A DNA stretch of 44,892 bases, filler included, from Jimgerdemannia flammicorona (Eukaryota): assembly GCA_003990765.1 (NCBI GenBank). It is 2 parts of 2 records of this genome, joined end to end, with 100 filler letters (N's around TTAATTAATTAA, not from the genome) between each part and the next. Parts side by side here need not be neighbours in the genome. Positions count along the whole stretch, not along the records: positions 1 to 22,396 come from RBNJ01001286.1; positions 22,497 to 44,892 come from RBNJ01001287.1. One strand, given 5' to 3'. The notes under the pieces were generated by a model, which did not search any database, was not told the origin of the DNA, and saw only the letters and a list, made by a program, of their open reading frames with translations. The translations under genes were made by a program, and so were the position numbers. Positions 12,985-25,042 of the stretch are shown piece after piece. How positions within the stretch are numbered: the stretch's first letter is position 1; each line of letters starts with the position of its first letter.

Positions 12985-13280
12985 GCATGATCGCATGGCC
13001 CATCGGCGTACCATCCGCAGCTAGCTCCCTATCCCACATATGGCCAAACTCCGAAGCGTCAATCTTCCCATATAGCGGCCTGCCCAGCTTGATGTGCTGG
13101 GCACAGCCATCCGGGTACCCGCGTCAGCCGGTCGGGGTGCGATCAGGTTTGGCGGTCAGCTTTGTTCTTGGATTCGGACAACCGGTGCAGATCGCGGGTA
13201 ATGTTACAGACGCTGTGTACGTTGTATATTCAGTACAGGTTCGACGGGAAGGTTGGAGTCGGGGGTACCGCGCATGATGG
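12985..13280 (-). pseudogene. Degenerate F-box-like gene fragment (paralogue of 22050-22260)
   Basis: SNLPVEPVLNI followed by stops and frameshifts. The nucleotide block gcacagccatccgggtacccgcg...gtcgggg...tttgttcttg is shared with 22097-22180. Confidence 0.45.
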
Positions 13281-13731
13281 TGAGTTCGTGACAATGAGAT
13301 ATTTGTAAAATGGAGAGAACAGGTATTATGTAAGGGCGTGGAGAATTCATAGAAACGAGTGTGGTGTCGCAGCTCGTAAAATTGGGTAGTGGCATTTCCT
13401 GTTTGGTCATGAGATTGGGTCAATTACCTTTTCCTCCTCCCCTTTTTCCTTTGTCGCATTGCCCTTCGCTCCATAATACCTTTTCTTGTAAAATGATTGG
13501 TCAATTTCACTGTTTTATCCGCCTCCGTTAAGTCCTCCTCCATCCCTAGTATCCCAACATGGAAACTGCAAATTCGTGACCCAAACAATTGTACTCCACC
13601 CAGTGATGTGAATCAAATGTAAATAGAAATAAAATATCTGAATTTTGAAAGGCGACAAATGCTACATTTAACAGCAACTGAGAATAAAACGGGCGGAAAA
13701 GTGATATTTTGTATATATGCGGGGGAGTCGA

Positions 13732-16700
13732 TCAGGTCGCCCTCGCATGGAATTTAATCACAACGGATTCCCTTACCCCAGATCTCTCGACAAAGGCATC
13801 CGCCGACACCTCCGTCGCTCCAAATTGCATGTCCAACTTGATGGCCTTGTTTTGTAGCGAATGGTCACCTTTAAGAAGTTGTACTTTCTGCTCCATCTTG
13901 ACGTACGCCTGCCTGATTCCATCGCTGGAGTCGGCGACATTGAAGACCTCGCAGTACGTATTGCACTCATCCGATTGACACAGCTTTACGAGCTCTGCGT
14001 TTAGATCGACGTTCCCCGCAATCGCCAGGATCATGCGGAAGTTGGGGACACTTGGGTTCTTGAGGATAGTGGATAACGTGGAGAATTCGATTTTGGAGTC
14101 GTTATCTTCGCCGTCGGTGGACACTAGGAGGATGTTCTGATATTCTTGCTGGTCCGAGCTGTCATCGCGCGATCGAAGACACTGGATTCCTTCAACGATG
14201 GCGTCATTCAAGGCGGTGAAGCCGGACATCTTGATTAGTATTCGATTTGTATCCGTGTCGTGAGATAGGCCAAAACCAATGGGTGTAACCGTAAAATCGT
14301 CAATGTGCATTTCGATGTCATTTGAATACGGTTGAATGGAGCTATGATTGTAAAGGGGTGGGTATGAATGAGTGGGTTGTTCAGCGTTTAGTGGAGTGCA
14401 ATGTATACAAATGGAATTCAAGTAAACCTGAGTGTTTCGACAGTCGATGAAAATTTGATGAGACCGACTTCATCGTTCTGTGAAAGTTTTTCGCACACCA
14501 ATTTCAGCCCTTCTTTGGAACTGTCGATCTTGTCGTCCTCGCTCATGCTGGCGCTTACGTCTTGAACAAACAAGATTCGTACAGGGAGTTGTATGGTGTC
14601 GTCTTCGGCGGGGGGTTCTGCATTTCTGGAGAGCGGCACTTGTAACGTAGCCGCAGGTCGCATATCAGGAAGCATGTACTTCTGATTTGGTAAATCGGTT
14701 GTGTACAGTTCCAGTGTGGCATACTCTTGCGCCGTGCTGATTGGAATGAATCTATTCGCACGAACAACAAAAATGACGTAAGGAGTCACTTCGATATCGC
14801 AATCAGGAGACGGTAGACAAGAGATATATGAAGTCCACATACACGGTCGATATAACTTCCTCGATGCCCACTTGTTGATCCACATTGACAACAGCGTGAA
14901 ATAAATTTTCCGCATAATACTTTTGTGCATTCTGATATATCGAGTAAACGGGTGGTCAAATTAGCGATATGTAGATACGGTTTGATTGCTTCAACAAATT
15001 CCACATGTATTAAGAGAATCCACAAGCGTGGCGATATCGACCGTTTCGCCATTTATGATAATGACGAGAGCTGAAAACTACGAACCTCGTTCCATTTCTT
15101 TGCAGCTTCTCCAGCCGGATTGTCAGGAGTCCAAGGACCGGAAGTTTTGATCCCATAAGCGAGGCGAGAACGACGGCTACAGATGAATCTATTGATTTTT
15201 GTTTTCGTGGTTATTGCTTGTTTACATGTTTTTGGGACAAATGACTAATTGATACAGTTCTGAATTCTGTGCATAAATTGAACTTAACTACTTACTGCGG
15301 AAACTTTCCGTACAACGCAGCGCCCTTGACAACAGCTCCACCGGCATCACTGGGTCGAAACATCTGCACACGGGACTCGAATCTTTCCTTGGCCTTTGTC
15401 CACAGGTATGCGCTATCTGAGAACCCTCCGACGAAGAACATCTTGTCAATCTTGCAATCGCCGACATTATTGGAGCCTCTTTGCCTAGCTAGGGCCTTAG
15501 CGCTGCGGTCCAATTGAAGTTCGACCAAGTCCAAGGTAGCGTCAACGACGGTATTGAACATGCTGAAGAAATCTGTGGCGGTTAGATCGATTTGGTCAAG
15601 ATCTTCATCCTCATCACTGTCACTATCAAAGTTCGGGTGGTAGCTGGAAGTGTCGTTCTTTTTCATCAATCGGCGCAATTTAATCGGAGTTTGGATGGAT
15701 TCGTAGGTGTCAGGATTTCCAGTGAAATTACGCTGTGAGGTTGAGGTGCCAAAATTCGAAGGACATGTATAATTAACAAATACGTTGCCAAATGTTTCGT
15801 TTTTTTTTTTTATAGCAAAAATCATCGTTATATATACCTTGAGTTCCTCCCAACATTTCATTACTTTCAGCCAATCCGCCGTGTGCAAAGTGCGAAGTTC
15901 ATCTATGTTTTGCCTACCGCACTTGGTGTTTAGAAATTTAATGAAAGCATCATCGATAAATGTGGATCCACAAGATTTGCCACTGCCATGAGATATCTCA
16001 CGCAAGCGTTGAGCGCCGGAATCTGGGTCGTGAAGGACTTCATGAGCAGTCTTCAAAATGGCAAGGTCAATTGACCAGGAATTAATAGTCGTTTTCAGTA
16101 TTCCATATAGACGAGAGAAGCAGCGATCATCTCTTACCAGATCGATAGTTCCGCCACCGGCATCTACCACCATGAAAGTTTGCCCCGGTACCAGCAAGTT
16201 CTGCTGTGATTGTTGGCAACAGTACATAGCCGCGGCTTCCGGCTCCAAAACGATATTCAGTCGATCCGAGTTATTTTTATCCTCTTCAGAAACCTGGCAC
16301 ACGGTTTGGGCATTTTGACGATTAGTTGACTGTTATTTCGTTAGATTCTATAGTTTAACCAAATAGGAAAAGCCCCTCTTCCTTACCAGTTTCGCTATTA
16401 CCGCGGCCTCTCTCATGTCTTGCTTCGCCTTTTCTGACCACATCGCAGGTACGGTCAAGAACCATACCACGTTCTCCTTACTCACAGTGTCACCCCACTT
16501 CGTGTCGATATCCTTCAAAATGACCTTATATATATGGTGCAAATAATCACCGATTACTTTCAATGCATCGAGACCTTGCGGAAGGGGTGGCAAAGTCGGT
16601 GCAACCTCCTCGTCAAGATAGAGCTTAAAGCGATCAAGATATTGATGACCTGGGTCAGCCCTATTGCTCATACTGTTTTTCCTTGCTGTATCGCGTGTTG

Positions 16701-17158
16701 GGTAATGGTGATAGGATGAAAACCGATTTGTAAAGAGTTTCGAGGGCAAAGTTAAACCATAGGACAAAAACGAAGTGTATAAATAGTACTGATTATATAC
16801 CACTATAGCCCCAGCTCTGAACGGAAGGACTTGATGTGTTGGAATCACACTTGTATCGGAGAGCTGTAAGATTCTTGGGGTATTGGGCAGGCTGGTCCGG
16901 CCATGAATACTTGGACTCGATGATGTTGGAGGAGTCTCCAATATGCACCTGTTTATGTTGAGGCGTTAGTTGCATTTTCTCGTATGATGAAATGAAAATG
17001 TTCGCCAAGTAAAACCACAGCCACGATGCTCCGACGCTTACCATCCCGTACCCCGAGTGAGTAGTTCCAAAATCAATCGCGACGATAAGTCGTGCTTGGA
17101 GGCCGAAAACTGGCTGGGTATGCGTCTGGCTTCCCTGAGACGGCATGAAGCTGGCCAT
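13732..17158 (-). CDS. HSPA12-type atypical Hsp70 with an inserted von Willebrand factor A domain; about 10-11 exons
   Basis: Actin-like ATPase motifs IVAIDFGTTHSG, FLTVPAMW, LEPEAAAMYC, VVDAGGGTIDL, CGSTFID, FVGGFSDS, AVVKGAALYG, SRRSRLAYGI. vWA motifs ILFVQDVSASM, GFTALNDAI, ILLVSTDGEDNDS. C-terminus LDMQFGATEVSADAFVERSG. All segments can be joined by GT-AG introns in frame. Confidence 0.8.
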
Positions 17159-18157
17159 ACTGTATGGATTATCTCCTAAACTTTGGAGGATACAAATGAA
17201 TATTTCCGTATGTATCATGATGGCTTCTCCGCCGGTCTAGTCTTGGCAGCATCCTAGAATACTGGACTATACTGCCGATGATAATACATACGTAGTTTCT
17301 GAATACTCGAGTATAGGTCGTCAAAAGGTTATTCCGAGTAATACTGTGTTGTAAATGAAGGGCGAACTTGGTGGGCAACAAACTACAGGAAGAGATATGC
17401 AACGGATTGGTATCTTTTCCCACCACTTTGTTTGTACATTCCACCAATGTCAGATGATTGATTGCATGAACAAAGCCTTTGTCAACATTTTCGCGCCAAA
17501 CCGGAAACTGCCAAACCAAATATACAACTTTACTTGATTTGAACTATTGCGATCACAACACAGATGCTGCGAGGCACGGTTCTATCATCACATCATTATT
17601 ACCACAAAGCATGAGAATATTTGGTGTTGGGCACATTGCTAGCGTTGAAATGTTGGATTGCTATGCATGGGGATCATCGGCAAGGATCGGGGCTTCTGCA
17701 GGTGCAGGGAGTCTCCTTTTAAGGTTCGTCGAATGCGGGGTAGTATTCCCAATCTGGAATATGGAATATCGCAATCGAATCCCTCAACTTCGGACCGCCG
17801 CAGTTTCTGCTTGACTCCGAGTAAGGATTCTTACTGAACTGTTCGTGTCAGTGTGCGCGAGTTATCGTCTTGGCTGAACACAATTCTTGAACACATATCT
17901 TTCCTATTATAGGTGCAAGCAACCAACTGCCAAACCAATTCAGTAAGCCACGAGCTCTTACTGCTGCGCCGCCGCCCGTGCCAAATGTATGACAATGATC
18001 TCCTCCTATCCTGACCCCGCAGACTCGTCACCCGCCTATTATTGTCGGAGGACAAGATTCAGGTTTGTGGTGGATTAGGACATACCTCAATACTTGGAAT
18101 CCACTTTTTCTTTTCGTACGTTATTGTTCATCACACCCCAAACGCGAAGCTCGTAAA

Positions 18158-20215
18158 ATGTCATCTCTATTGAATAACAGGCAACAAGAAGCATCTCGGG
18201 GAACAACCGACAAGAGGAGTCAGTCAGCGACCAAGACCGATTCGCAGAAAGGAGGGCACGGCAAACCGTCTAGAAGCAAGTCGGAACAGCCCGATGTCGG
18301 CGCTTCGATCTCGGGTTCACCTTCTCAAGACAGGCAAAGCCGAATGCAAAATTTTTTCGCTCTCGTCAACGTATTCGTTTTCAGCGAAAAGAGGTCTACA
18401 GCCAAGATACCAGTTTTTTTGGCCATCGTCGACGTATTCGACTTCCACTATTTGGGAAAAGAACCTCGAACCGCCACAGGCATCTCAACGACAATTCCTC
18501 CAGATCCAAAATATGGAAACATTACGAAGCATCAAGGTCAGCCGGGCCATCAGAACAAGGGACCCTCCAATCCTAGCCATTCCACCGAGTCGAGAGTTGA
18601 CGTTGATCAAGAAATTCTCGACGCGCTGGAAGCTCAGAATTCATTGCCGAGAGGCAAGACGAAAGAATTTTTCAAGCGGATCTCAGACTGGGCCAAGATA
18701 TACAAAGAAAATAGTCGTTTAAAGGGACTATTCTATGACGTATCCGATGTTCTACAGCAACAGAGGGAGAATTTCAAAGAAACCGTAGCTAACTGGGAGC
18801 GCGAAAAGGCGGAATGGCAGAAGCAACTTGCGGAAATGGAGGCCGAGCATGTAAAAACACGTGAGAACATTAAAGACGAGGGCGCTCATAAAGCCGCCAT
18901 CGAGGATGTGCGTCACGATTGTGAAACACGTTTGGTTGAACTCGAGATGGAGCACCAACGCTCGATACAAGAGATCGAACGCTTGAAAAACGTCATCCAG
19001 CTTCAGTTCGAGCCCGAGCATCACCACCGTCTCCGCGAAGAGATCAAGATCGAGTTCCAACAGGAGCTATCGAAAGCCGAGCAGCAGATTGCGCATCTGA
19101 CATATGAAAAGGATCGGCACCGCGAACAGAAGGAAGACTATCTAAACCGCATCGAAAAGATGAACATCGAGCGATCGGAGATCTACAGCAAGATCATGGA
19201 CCTGGAGAAGAAGTTAGTCCTCGAGATGAGCTTCCGTCCGCAAGAAAACCAAGCGGCCACCGGTATTTTCGCGATGGACGGCGCTAATCCCATGACGCTC
19301 AACCAGACCTGGCCAAAGGTGTACATGACGATGCGCAAAGCAGTGGAGAACATGTTCAAACAAGGCGCGCTGCGGACCGATGTCATTCACGCGCGATACG
19401 ACGAACTGCTGCGACACGCGACGATTCCGACCGATCGAACCGGGAAGCCCGGCAAGTCCGTGCAGAAGCGCTTGGTCGAGCACGCCATCAGCGTCAAGCT
19501 CGCCGCCATCTGGGACGTTATTCTACTGGACGAGGGCGGGAGGGTGGAGCGTAGTGCGGGCGAGGCCATCTTCCCGGAGATCGAGAAGGCGTTCAAAGAA
19601 TTGGGGTCACTACAGGATGGACAAGTGTCGGAGATGAGCGTGCTGGTAGGACGCATGAAGGCCGAGCTCGCCAGGCAGCTGCTGGGGAGGCTGCCCGTGC
19701 CGACGGATGTGGAGGTGGAGAAAAAGTTCAAGGAACAGCCGGATTTCAACCCGTTCGTCGGGCTCGGGTCCCGATATGGCGAGCAGATGCGCAAGTTCTG
19801 GCGGCAGATGGCCGAGACCGTGATTCAGACACTGGCCGAGTTTACTGGCGAGAGCACGCTGGAACAGTGGATGTTGAGTGTGTACTTTTTGGTATACACG
19901 TGCATTCATGTGCGACTGCAGATGGAGGCCATTGGGAGTGGGGGAATGATGGTGTTTTTTGCGGGGAGCACTATTGACTGTCTGGCCATCTTGAAGGAAG
20001 AGCAGAGAGGGAAGTCCGGGTCCAGTGTCGTGTTAGAGAGCGAGCTACATGATGCCGTTGAGTCCATCAATCGATCGAAAAGGGGCGAAGAGTGTGAGGA
20101 GGATAAGATGGTGTTCTTGACCGTCTTTCCCGGTGTCGCCAATGTGAAGATGAATGATGGGCGGATTACGATCGATGAGCAGATTCAAAAACAATGTTTG
20201 GTCTTGAGCTGTTAG
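18158..20215 (+). CDS. Intronless 685-aa protein: disordered N-terminus, long coiled coil, helical region and GrpE/MIEAP-like C-terminal motif
   Basis: Uninterrupted 2-kb ORF with an E/K/Q/R heptad-rich middle. The end reads LESELHDAV...MVFLTVFPGV...IQKQCLVL. The ORF is secure; the domain call is by eye. Confidence 0.7.
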   Translation: MSSLLNNRQQEASRGTTDKRSQSATKTDSQKGGHGKPSRSKSEQPDVGASISGSPSQDRQSRMQNFFALVNVFVFSEKRSTAKIPVFLAIVDVFDFHYLGKEPRTATGISTTIPPDPKYGNITKHQGQPGHQNKGPSNPSHSTESRVDVDQEILDALEAQNSLPRGKTKEFFKRISDWAKIYKENSRLKGLFYDVSDVLQQQRENFKETVANWEREKAEWQKQLAEMEAEHVKTRENIKDEGAHKAAIEDVRHDCETRLVELEMEHQRSIQEIERLKNVIQLQFEPEHHHRLREEIKIEFQQELSKAEQQIAHLTYEKDRHREQKEDYLNRIEKMNIERSEIYSKIMDLEKKLVLEMSFRPQENQAATGIFAMDGANPMTLNQTWPKVYMTMRKAVENMFKQGALRTDVIHARYDELLRHATIPTDRTGKPGKSVQKRLVEHAISVKLAAIWDVILLDEGGRVERSAGEAIFPEIEKAFKELGSLQDGQVSEMSVLVGRMKAELARQLLGRLPVPTDVEVEKKFKEQPDFNPFVGLGSRYGEQMRKFWRQMAETVIQTLAEFTGESTLEQWMLSVYFLVYTCIHVRLQMEAIGSGGMMVFFAGSTIDCLAILKEEQRGKSGSSVVLESELHDAVESINRSKRGEECEEDKMVFLTVFPGVANVKMNDGRITIDEQIQKQCLVLSC

Positions 20216-20513
20216 GAAGCGATTCATGGTAATTTTATTCTCTCAGTTTTTTTCTCTTCGATGTTTATGTAAGTCGACATTCACTCACTCATCGCGCGAA
20301 ATTTCTATTCATAGATAATCATGTTTTTTTTTTTACTTTCTTTTTCTTACCTGCACATGACAGGTGAACAGCACATACAGTGAGTATCGCGAGTGTGGCG
20401 ATATTATTATGGCAATGCTCACCTCGACCTGATTGCTTATTTTTCCTCTCTTTCGTAAGGCGGGTAGTGGAGTTTGATGTTTCAATGAAATAGCTGAAGC
20501 TAGGGATCTTGTC

Positions 20514-22258
20514 TTATCTGGCTTGATTTCCTATTGCATGTTGTTTGGCCATGTGTAAATACATATGTCTATAAACTTGACTTCGCAGATCTAGTCGGTT
20601 GATGATGGGATTTAACAAGAGGAAAGGGGAGTGATGTGTTAAGCATCGCCCAAGCTTCGTGATGATGTCACCGGTAGGAAAGTCATCTCGATACCTCGCT
20701 AACGCCCAAACTAAGGATTGCATGTGAGTTTGCAGATCCCTTTTTTAGACCCTTTGCACCTCGTAAATATTATAAACGAAACCAAGTTTCACAAGCTGTC
20801 GGTGTTCACCCTGTCCTAACGCTAGCGCTCTGGGTACTCGAGGAGTAGGACACCGGGTGGGTCGAGATGAAGACGCGTCGTTAATCGGGTTATCGAAGCA
20901 GGGAACAAAGATATAAATATGAGCACATCGCATTCTAAAGCAGACTGAGCCGAACGCATATCGTCTTCACGGACCAGCAGCACGCTCGACGAGTTGGGGC
21001 TGAAGTCGATGCAAAGGCAGGATCACATACTACTCTACCGATTCGAAGGGAATAGGATGGCGCATCCTACTGGGCCGTCTCCCCCGCTCTATTGAACAGG
21101 GTCGTCGAGTTCGAGATTACAGATGAATGCCATGATGCCAGCGGCCATGTACAATTGTTGTGTGTGCTGAAGAGTGTGCTGCGACAATCCGCGCATAGTC
21201 TGTGTGGAGGAGTTGATATCACGGATGGTTTGGTAAGGGGCGATGAGTTAACGATATGAATGGTGGGTTCTTTTTTGCGCTGTGTCGGTTTGCTGTAACC
21301 TTTTTTGGGGGGAGGGGGGAGGGGGTCAACTTGGACCTTTCACCACTGTCGGCTTTAAAACTGTTGAAACCACTGAACTACACAGCAAACCAGTTTGGCA
21401 GCAGATATATTAGATTCATATTTTATTTTCATATGAAGTAGTAAACTCCGAGTTTCCACTTTGCTGCACCGTTCTCAATGTCACGAAACATACCTGTCAT
21501 TACCGGCGGGGTTCAATTGCCGACACACGTCGACCATGAGTGACTGCGAAGACCGTAGTCCGGCGAACCCATCAGGATCCGGGAGAAAGCTGCGCGCTCT
21601 TGCGGAGTGAAGCCGGTGGTTCTTGGGATGGAGTTGAGATGTGGTAGGTTGCGAAGGATGAGAAGATGTCGATAGATCGGCGCAATTAGAAGGAAGAGGG
21701 TAAATAAACGAATAATGGAGGAGATGGGGAAGGATAACATATACTTTTCGTTCCCCTTCAGCTTTCGCGAGGTTGTTCTCCTTATGCGCAACGTTCAGAT
21801 CCCTGATTTTCAGGTTGAAAAATGGGAAAGCCATGTCAGAAAAGAATAACGTGTTCCTCAATCAACCCTGTCTGCAGACCTCGTCATCAGCTCACTTCTT
21901 TTCCAAATCCCAAATCGCTCTCCCCTGCTCCTCTCCTCAAGAAAACGACATACCCACCCCCCTCCCTTCCAGCTCTCTTAACCACTTCTCCGAACACGCC
22001 ACGCTCGCCCAGCCGCGACAAGTCCTGACCGGCATTGAGCACGTAGCAGGGGCCGGATGACCCATCGGCGCGCCGTCGTCGCCTGGACGATTTCATGGCA
22101 CAGCCATCTGGGTACCCGCGACGGCGGGTCGGGGACGATCGGGTTTGGTGGCCCCAATGACGCGTCAGTTTGTTCTTGTATTTGGGTCGACGAAGAAGGG
22201 AAAGTATAAGCTCGACGGGTAGGTTGGAGTAGGGGGCACGCGTGAGAAAGGGCATTGA
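20514..22258 (-). pseudogene. Decayed F-box(/LRR-like) gene
   Basis: MPFLTRAPYSNLPVELILSLL is an F-box-like start. Downstream broken fragments include LLILRNLPHLNSI and a CP-LEY-like segment. No continuous frame; the 3' extent is uncertain. Confidence 0.4.
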
Positions 22259-22396
22259 ATATGTTTGGGAGTTCAAGGGGAATATTGGGTCGCAGCCGTG
22301 CCAACAGCGGTGTAATGAAGCTTGTGGAATGGGTATCGTTTGTGTTGTAGGATATAATAAAATTAGATAGTACATTTCCTATTTTTTTTTTTTTTT

Positions 22397-22496
22397 NNNN
22401 NNNNNNNNNNNNNNNNNNNNNNNNNNNNNNNNNNNNNNNNTTAATTAATTAANNNNNNNNNNNNNNNNNNNNNNNNNNNNNNNNNNNNNNNNNNNN
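22397..22496. other. Assembly gap/linker (44 N + TTAATTAATTAA + 44 N)
   Basis: A symmetric N pad around a 12-mer with stops in all six frames; artificial. Confidence 0.95.
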
Positions 22497-23057
22497 CACC
22501 GAAGCAGCACCCGCCCCAGCCCCGACGACCGCCCCCAGCCTGGCACCCTACTGGTTCACCGTAATCGCCCTTCCGCCTATCTGTGACGGCCATCTCCCCT
22601 CCCATCCCGACAACACCCGAAAAACAGTCACCTACGCCAGAACCGCGCTCGCCGGGAAGCTCGCCAAAGCCAGAGGGCCCCACCACAGGCACCGAAGACC
22701 TGCAGGTAACCTACACTGAGCACTTGACGCCCAAGGTCGGCCGACTCCCTACGCAGCCCGAGACACACCGAGACAACTCCTTGTTGGCGACGGCAAAAGG
22801 AAGAAGGCGCCGCACCAAAACGGGTACACCCCAGACGCAGCCGAAGGCACCAGAATCCGCGAAAAAGTGGAGAAGACACCGATCCGACACCGATAAAAGG
22901 GCAACTCATCACCATTGCCTCCCTCCCACTGCCCTGCAACAGGTACAGCAAACCAACCCGAGGTAGAGGGGGTAATAATTGTGGAAAGTGGACTCGGAAG
23001 GTTGCCTACCAAACCATTGTGACCGGTAAGGTAGTGGAGAAAGGGGCGGTCGGACAC
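22497..23057 (-). mobile_element. Probable 5' end (UTR + ORF1 start) of a LINE
   Basis: G-rich on the minus strand with CpG retained. It begins with ttaccggtcaca...ggcaac, similar to tcaccggtaaca...ggcaac at the 5' end of the LINE at 39240, and encodes a Gly-rich peptide. Confidence 0.4.
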
Positions 23058-25042
23058 TGATTCAGTCTTGATGTTTACTCCTTTGTAGATCAGACTGGTC
23101 AGTAAGACTACAATAGTAGAGTATTCTTAGATAAACCTTTGGTAATATTCTGTAATATCCAGAAAGTGCTGAAGTAGCTTTATAATAGTAGAGATAGAGA
23201 TATCCTAGACAGCTGATACCTTTTGGGGGTCTACATTGATTCCTTCAGCAAAGATGATATGTTTGAGGTACTCAATCTGGTCTTAATAGAACTTGTACTA
23301 GCTCATCTTGGCATAGAGCTGGTGTTCTCACAGAAGGATCAGTATCTATCTGAGATAGGTATAGTATAGTTTCATAGTCTCACTGTAGATTAGTATATCA
23401 TTAATATACATGAGGATACAAATATTGAGTAGTGGTCTAAAGATATCATTCATCAGGTATTGGAATGATACTAATATATTAGCCAAATCAAAAGGTATGA
23501 CTTGGAACTAGTAGTGTCTAAACTATATTTGGAAAGCTGTCTTTTCAACATCCTTCTCATCAATGAGAATCTGGTGGTAGCCATTTAGGTCTAGTAGGGA
23601 GAAGGTCTTGATCTTGAAGATCTAGTACAATAGCTTGTCAATCCTAGGCAAGGTATACCAGTTCTTAATGATAATCTTATTGAGAGCTCTATAGTTAATG
23701 AATATTTATAGAGAGCTATCCTTCTTCTTAATAAACAGAATAGGGGCTCCAAATGAAGAAGAGCTGAGTTCAATATATCCTTGGGCCAATAGCTTGGTCA
23801 ACTCATCTTTGAGGATCTTGAGCTTAGGTTGGATAAGCTGGTAGATACTTTTGTATGGGGGTTTAGATCCTAGAATAAGATCAATTCTATGTTAAATTTG
23901 GTTCTTGAGGTTCTTGGAATATATCTTGGAATTCCTCAAATAGTTCTTGAGCTTCTAGAGACATAGGGCCACTCAAGACTTCAGAGACTTCTTATATAGT
24001 GCAGATGAAATATGTATATATTCCTCTTTTTATAGGAGAGTCTCTTTATCTGAATGGTAGAGATGATCTTGATTTCTTAATAATTAGTGTCTTTTTGAGA
24101 TATCAGGGTGAGCTTCTTGCCCTCATGAGTCAGATTAATCTCATTGGTCCTTCAGTTGATGTCTGGGTTGTACTAGATAAGCCAGGCCTTTCTTAGGATA
24201 ATATTCTTTTCTGGAAGGTCTATAATACTAAAGTTCAAATTTTCTTAGTATTTGCCAATCTTGAGCAATAGGTCTTCACAAATCTTAGTCAAAGGTGTAG
24301 TCTTGCCATCACCAAAGGTAACACTTCTCTTTTCAGTGGCTGGTCTGCTTTGAGCTCTAAGTCTTTTGACAGTCTTAGTGCTGATATAGTTTCCAGTAGT
24401 GCCACTATCTAGTAGGACATTGATATCTTACCTATAGACTTAGCCTGTGAACTTAATGCAACTGTCCTCCTTCTTAATAGTATTGAATTCTTCATCATTA
24501 TAGTTCCAATTACTGTCAGTCTGCTTGAAATCAGTCTCTTCTCATTCTTTACAAAGAGGGTGGTCTTGTTTGGATTCCTCAGTCTATTGGTATCTTTCAG
24601 ATTAGATTTTGAAAACTTTGGAGAGGTATGCATGGTATTCATCAATATGTTCTATATAGTATATTCCAATAGAATGAGGGCATTGTCCATATGGTACATA
24701 ACTATCTACAATTCTCTTATACCAGTTTTTATCATCTTCCTTCATAGTAGTAATTTTTTAACTAGGGGGTTTGTTGGTAGATCCAAACTCTTTCTTGCTA
24801 TGGTCTATCTGAGAGAGCTCAGAAACTTCTTGAATAGTGAGATCTTGATAGATTTCCTTGATGATTACTTGGGCAATACTTTAGCCTATCTTGATTTTGA
24901 ATGAGGTATCTCTAAAATTTTGCAAGATAACTTGGATTTTACCATTGAAGTCTTGGTCAACTACTTCTCCTTCTAGCCTGATGTTGAATTCTTTAGCCAG
25001 GCTGCTTCATTCAGTAAGACAGATATATGTTCTCTTAGATAC
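23058..25042 (-). mobile_element. Heavily mutated Ty3/Gypsy (chromovirus-like) gag-PR-RT fragment
   Basis: Protease LLDSGTTGNYIS near 24400. RT remnants SSSFGAPILFIKKKD, NYRALNKIIIKNWYTLPRID, GYHQILIDEKDVEKTAF and YINDILIYS (decayed YxDD), with many TAG/TAA stops. Confidence 0.85.

Noticed and set aside
22441..22452. TTAATTAATTAA palindrome inside the N run
   Set aside because: Artificial contig linker. Adjacency and distance between the left and right halves cannot be trusted.
22382..23057. Idea that the gap hides one intact minus-strand LINE (poly(T) on the left, 5' end on the right)
   Set aside because: The flanks are unrelated (unique DNA versus Gypsy RT) and no TSD is visible, so it cannot be supported.
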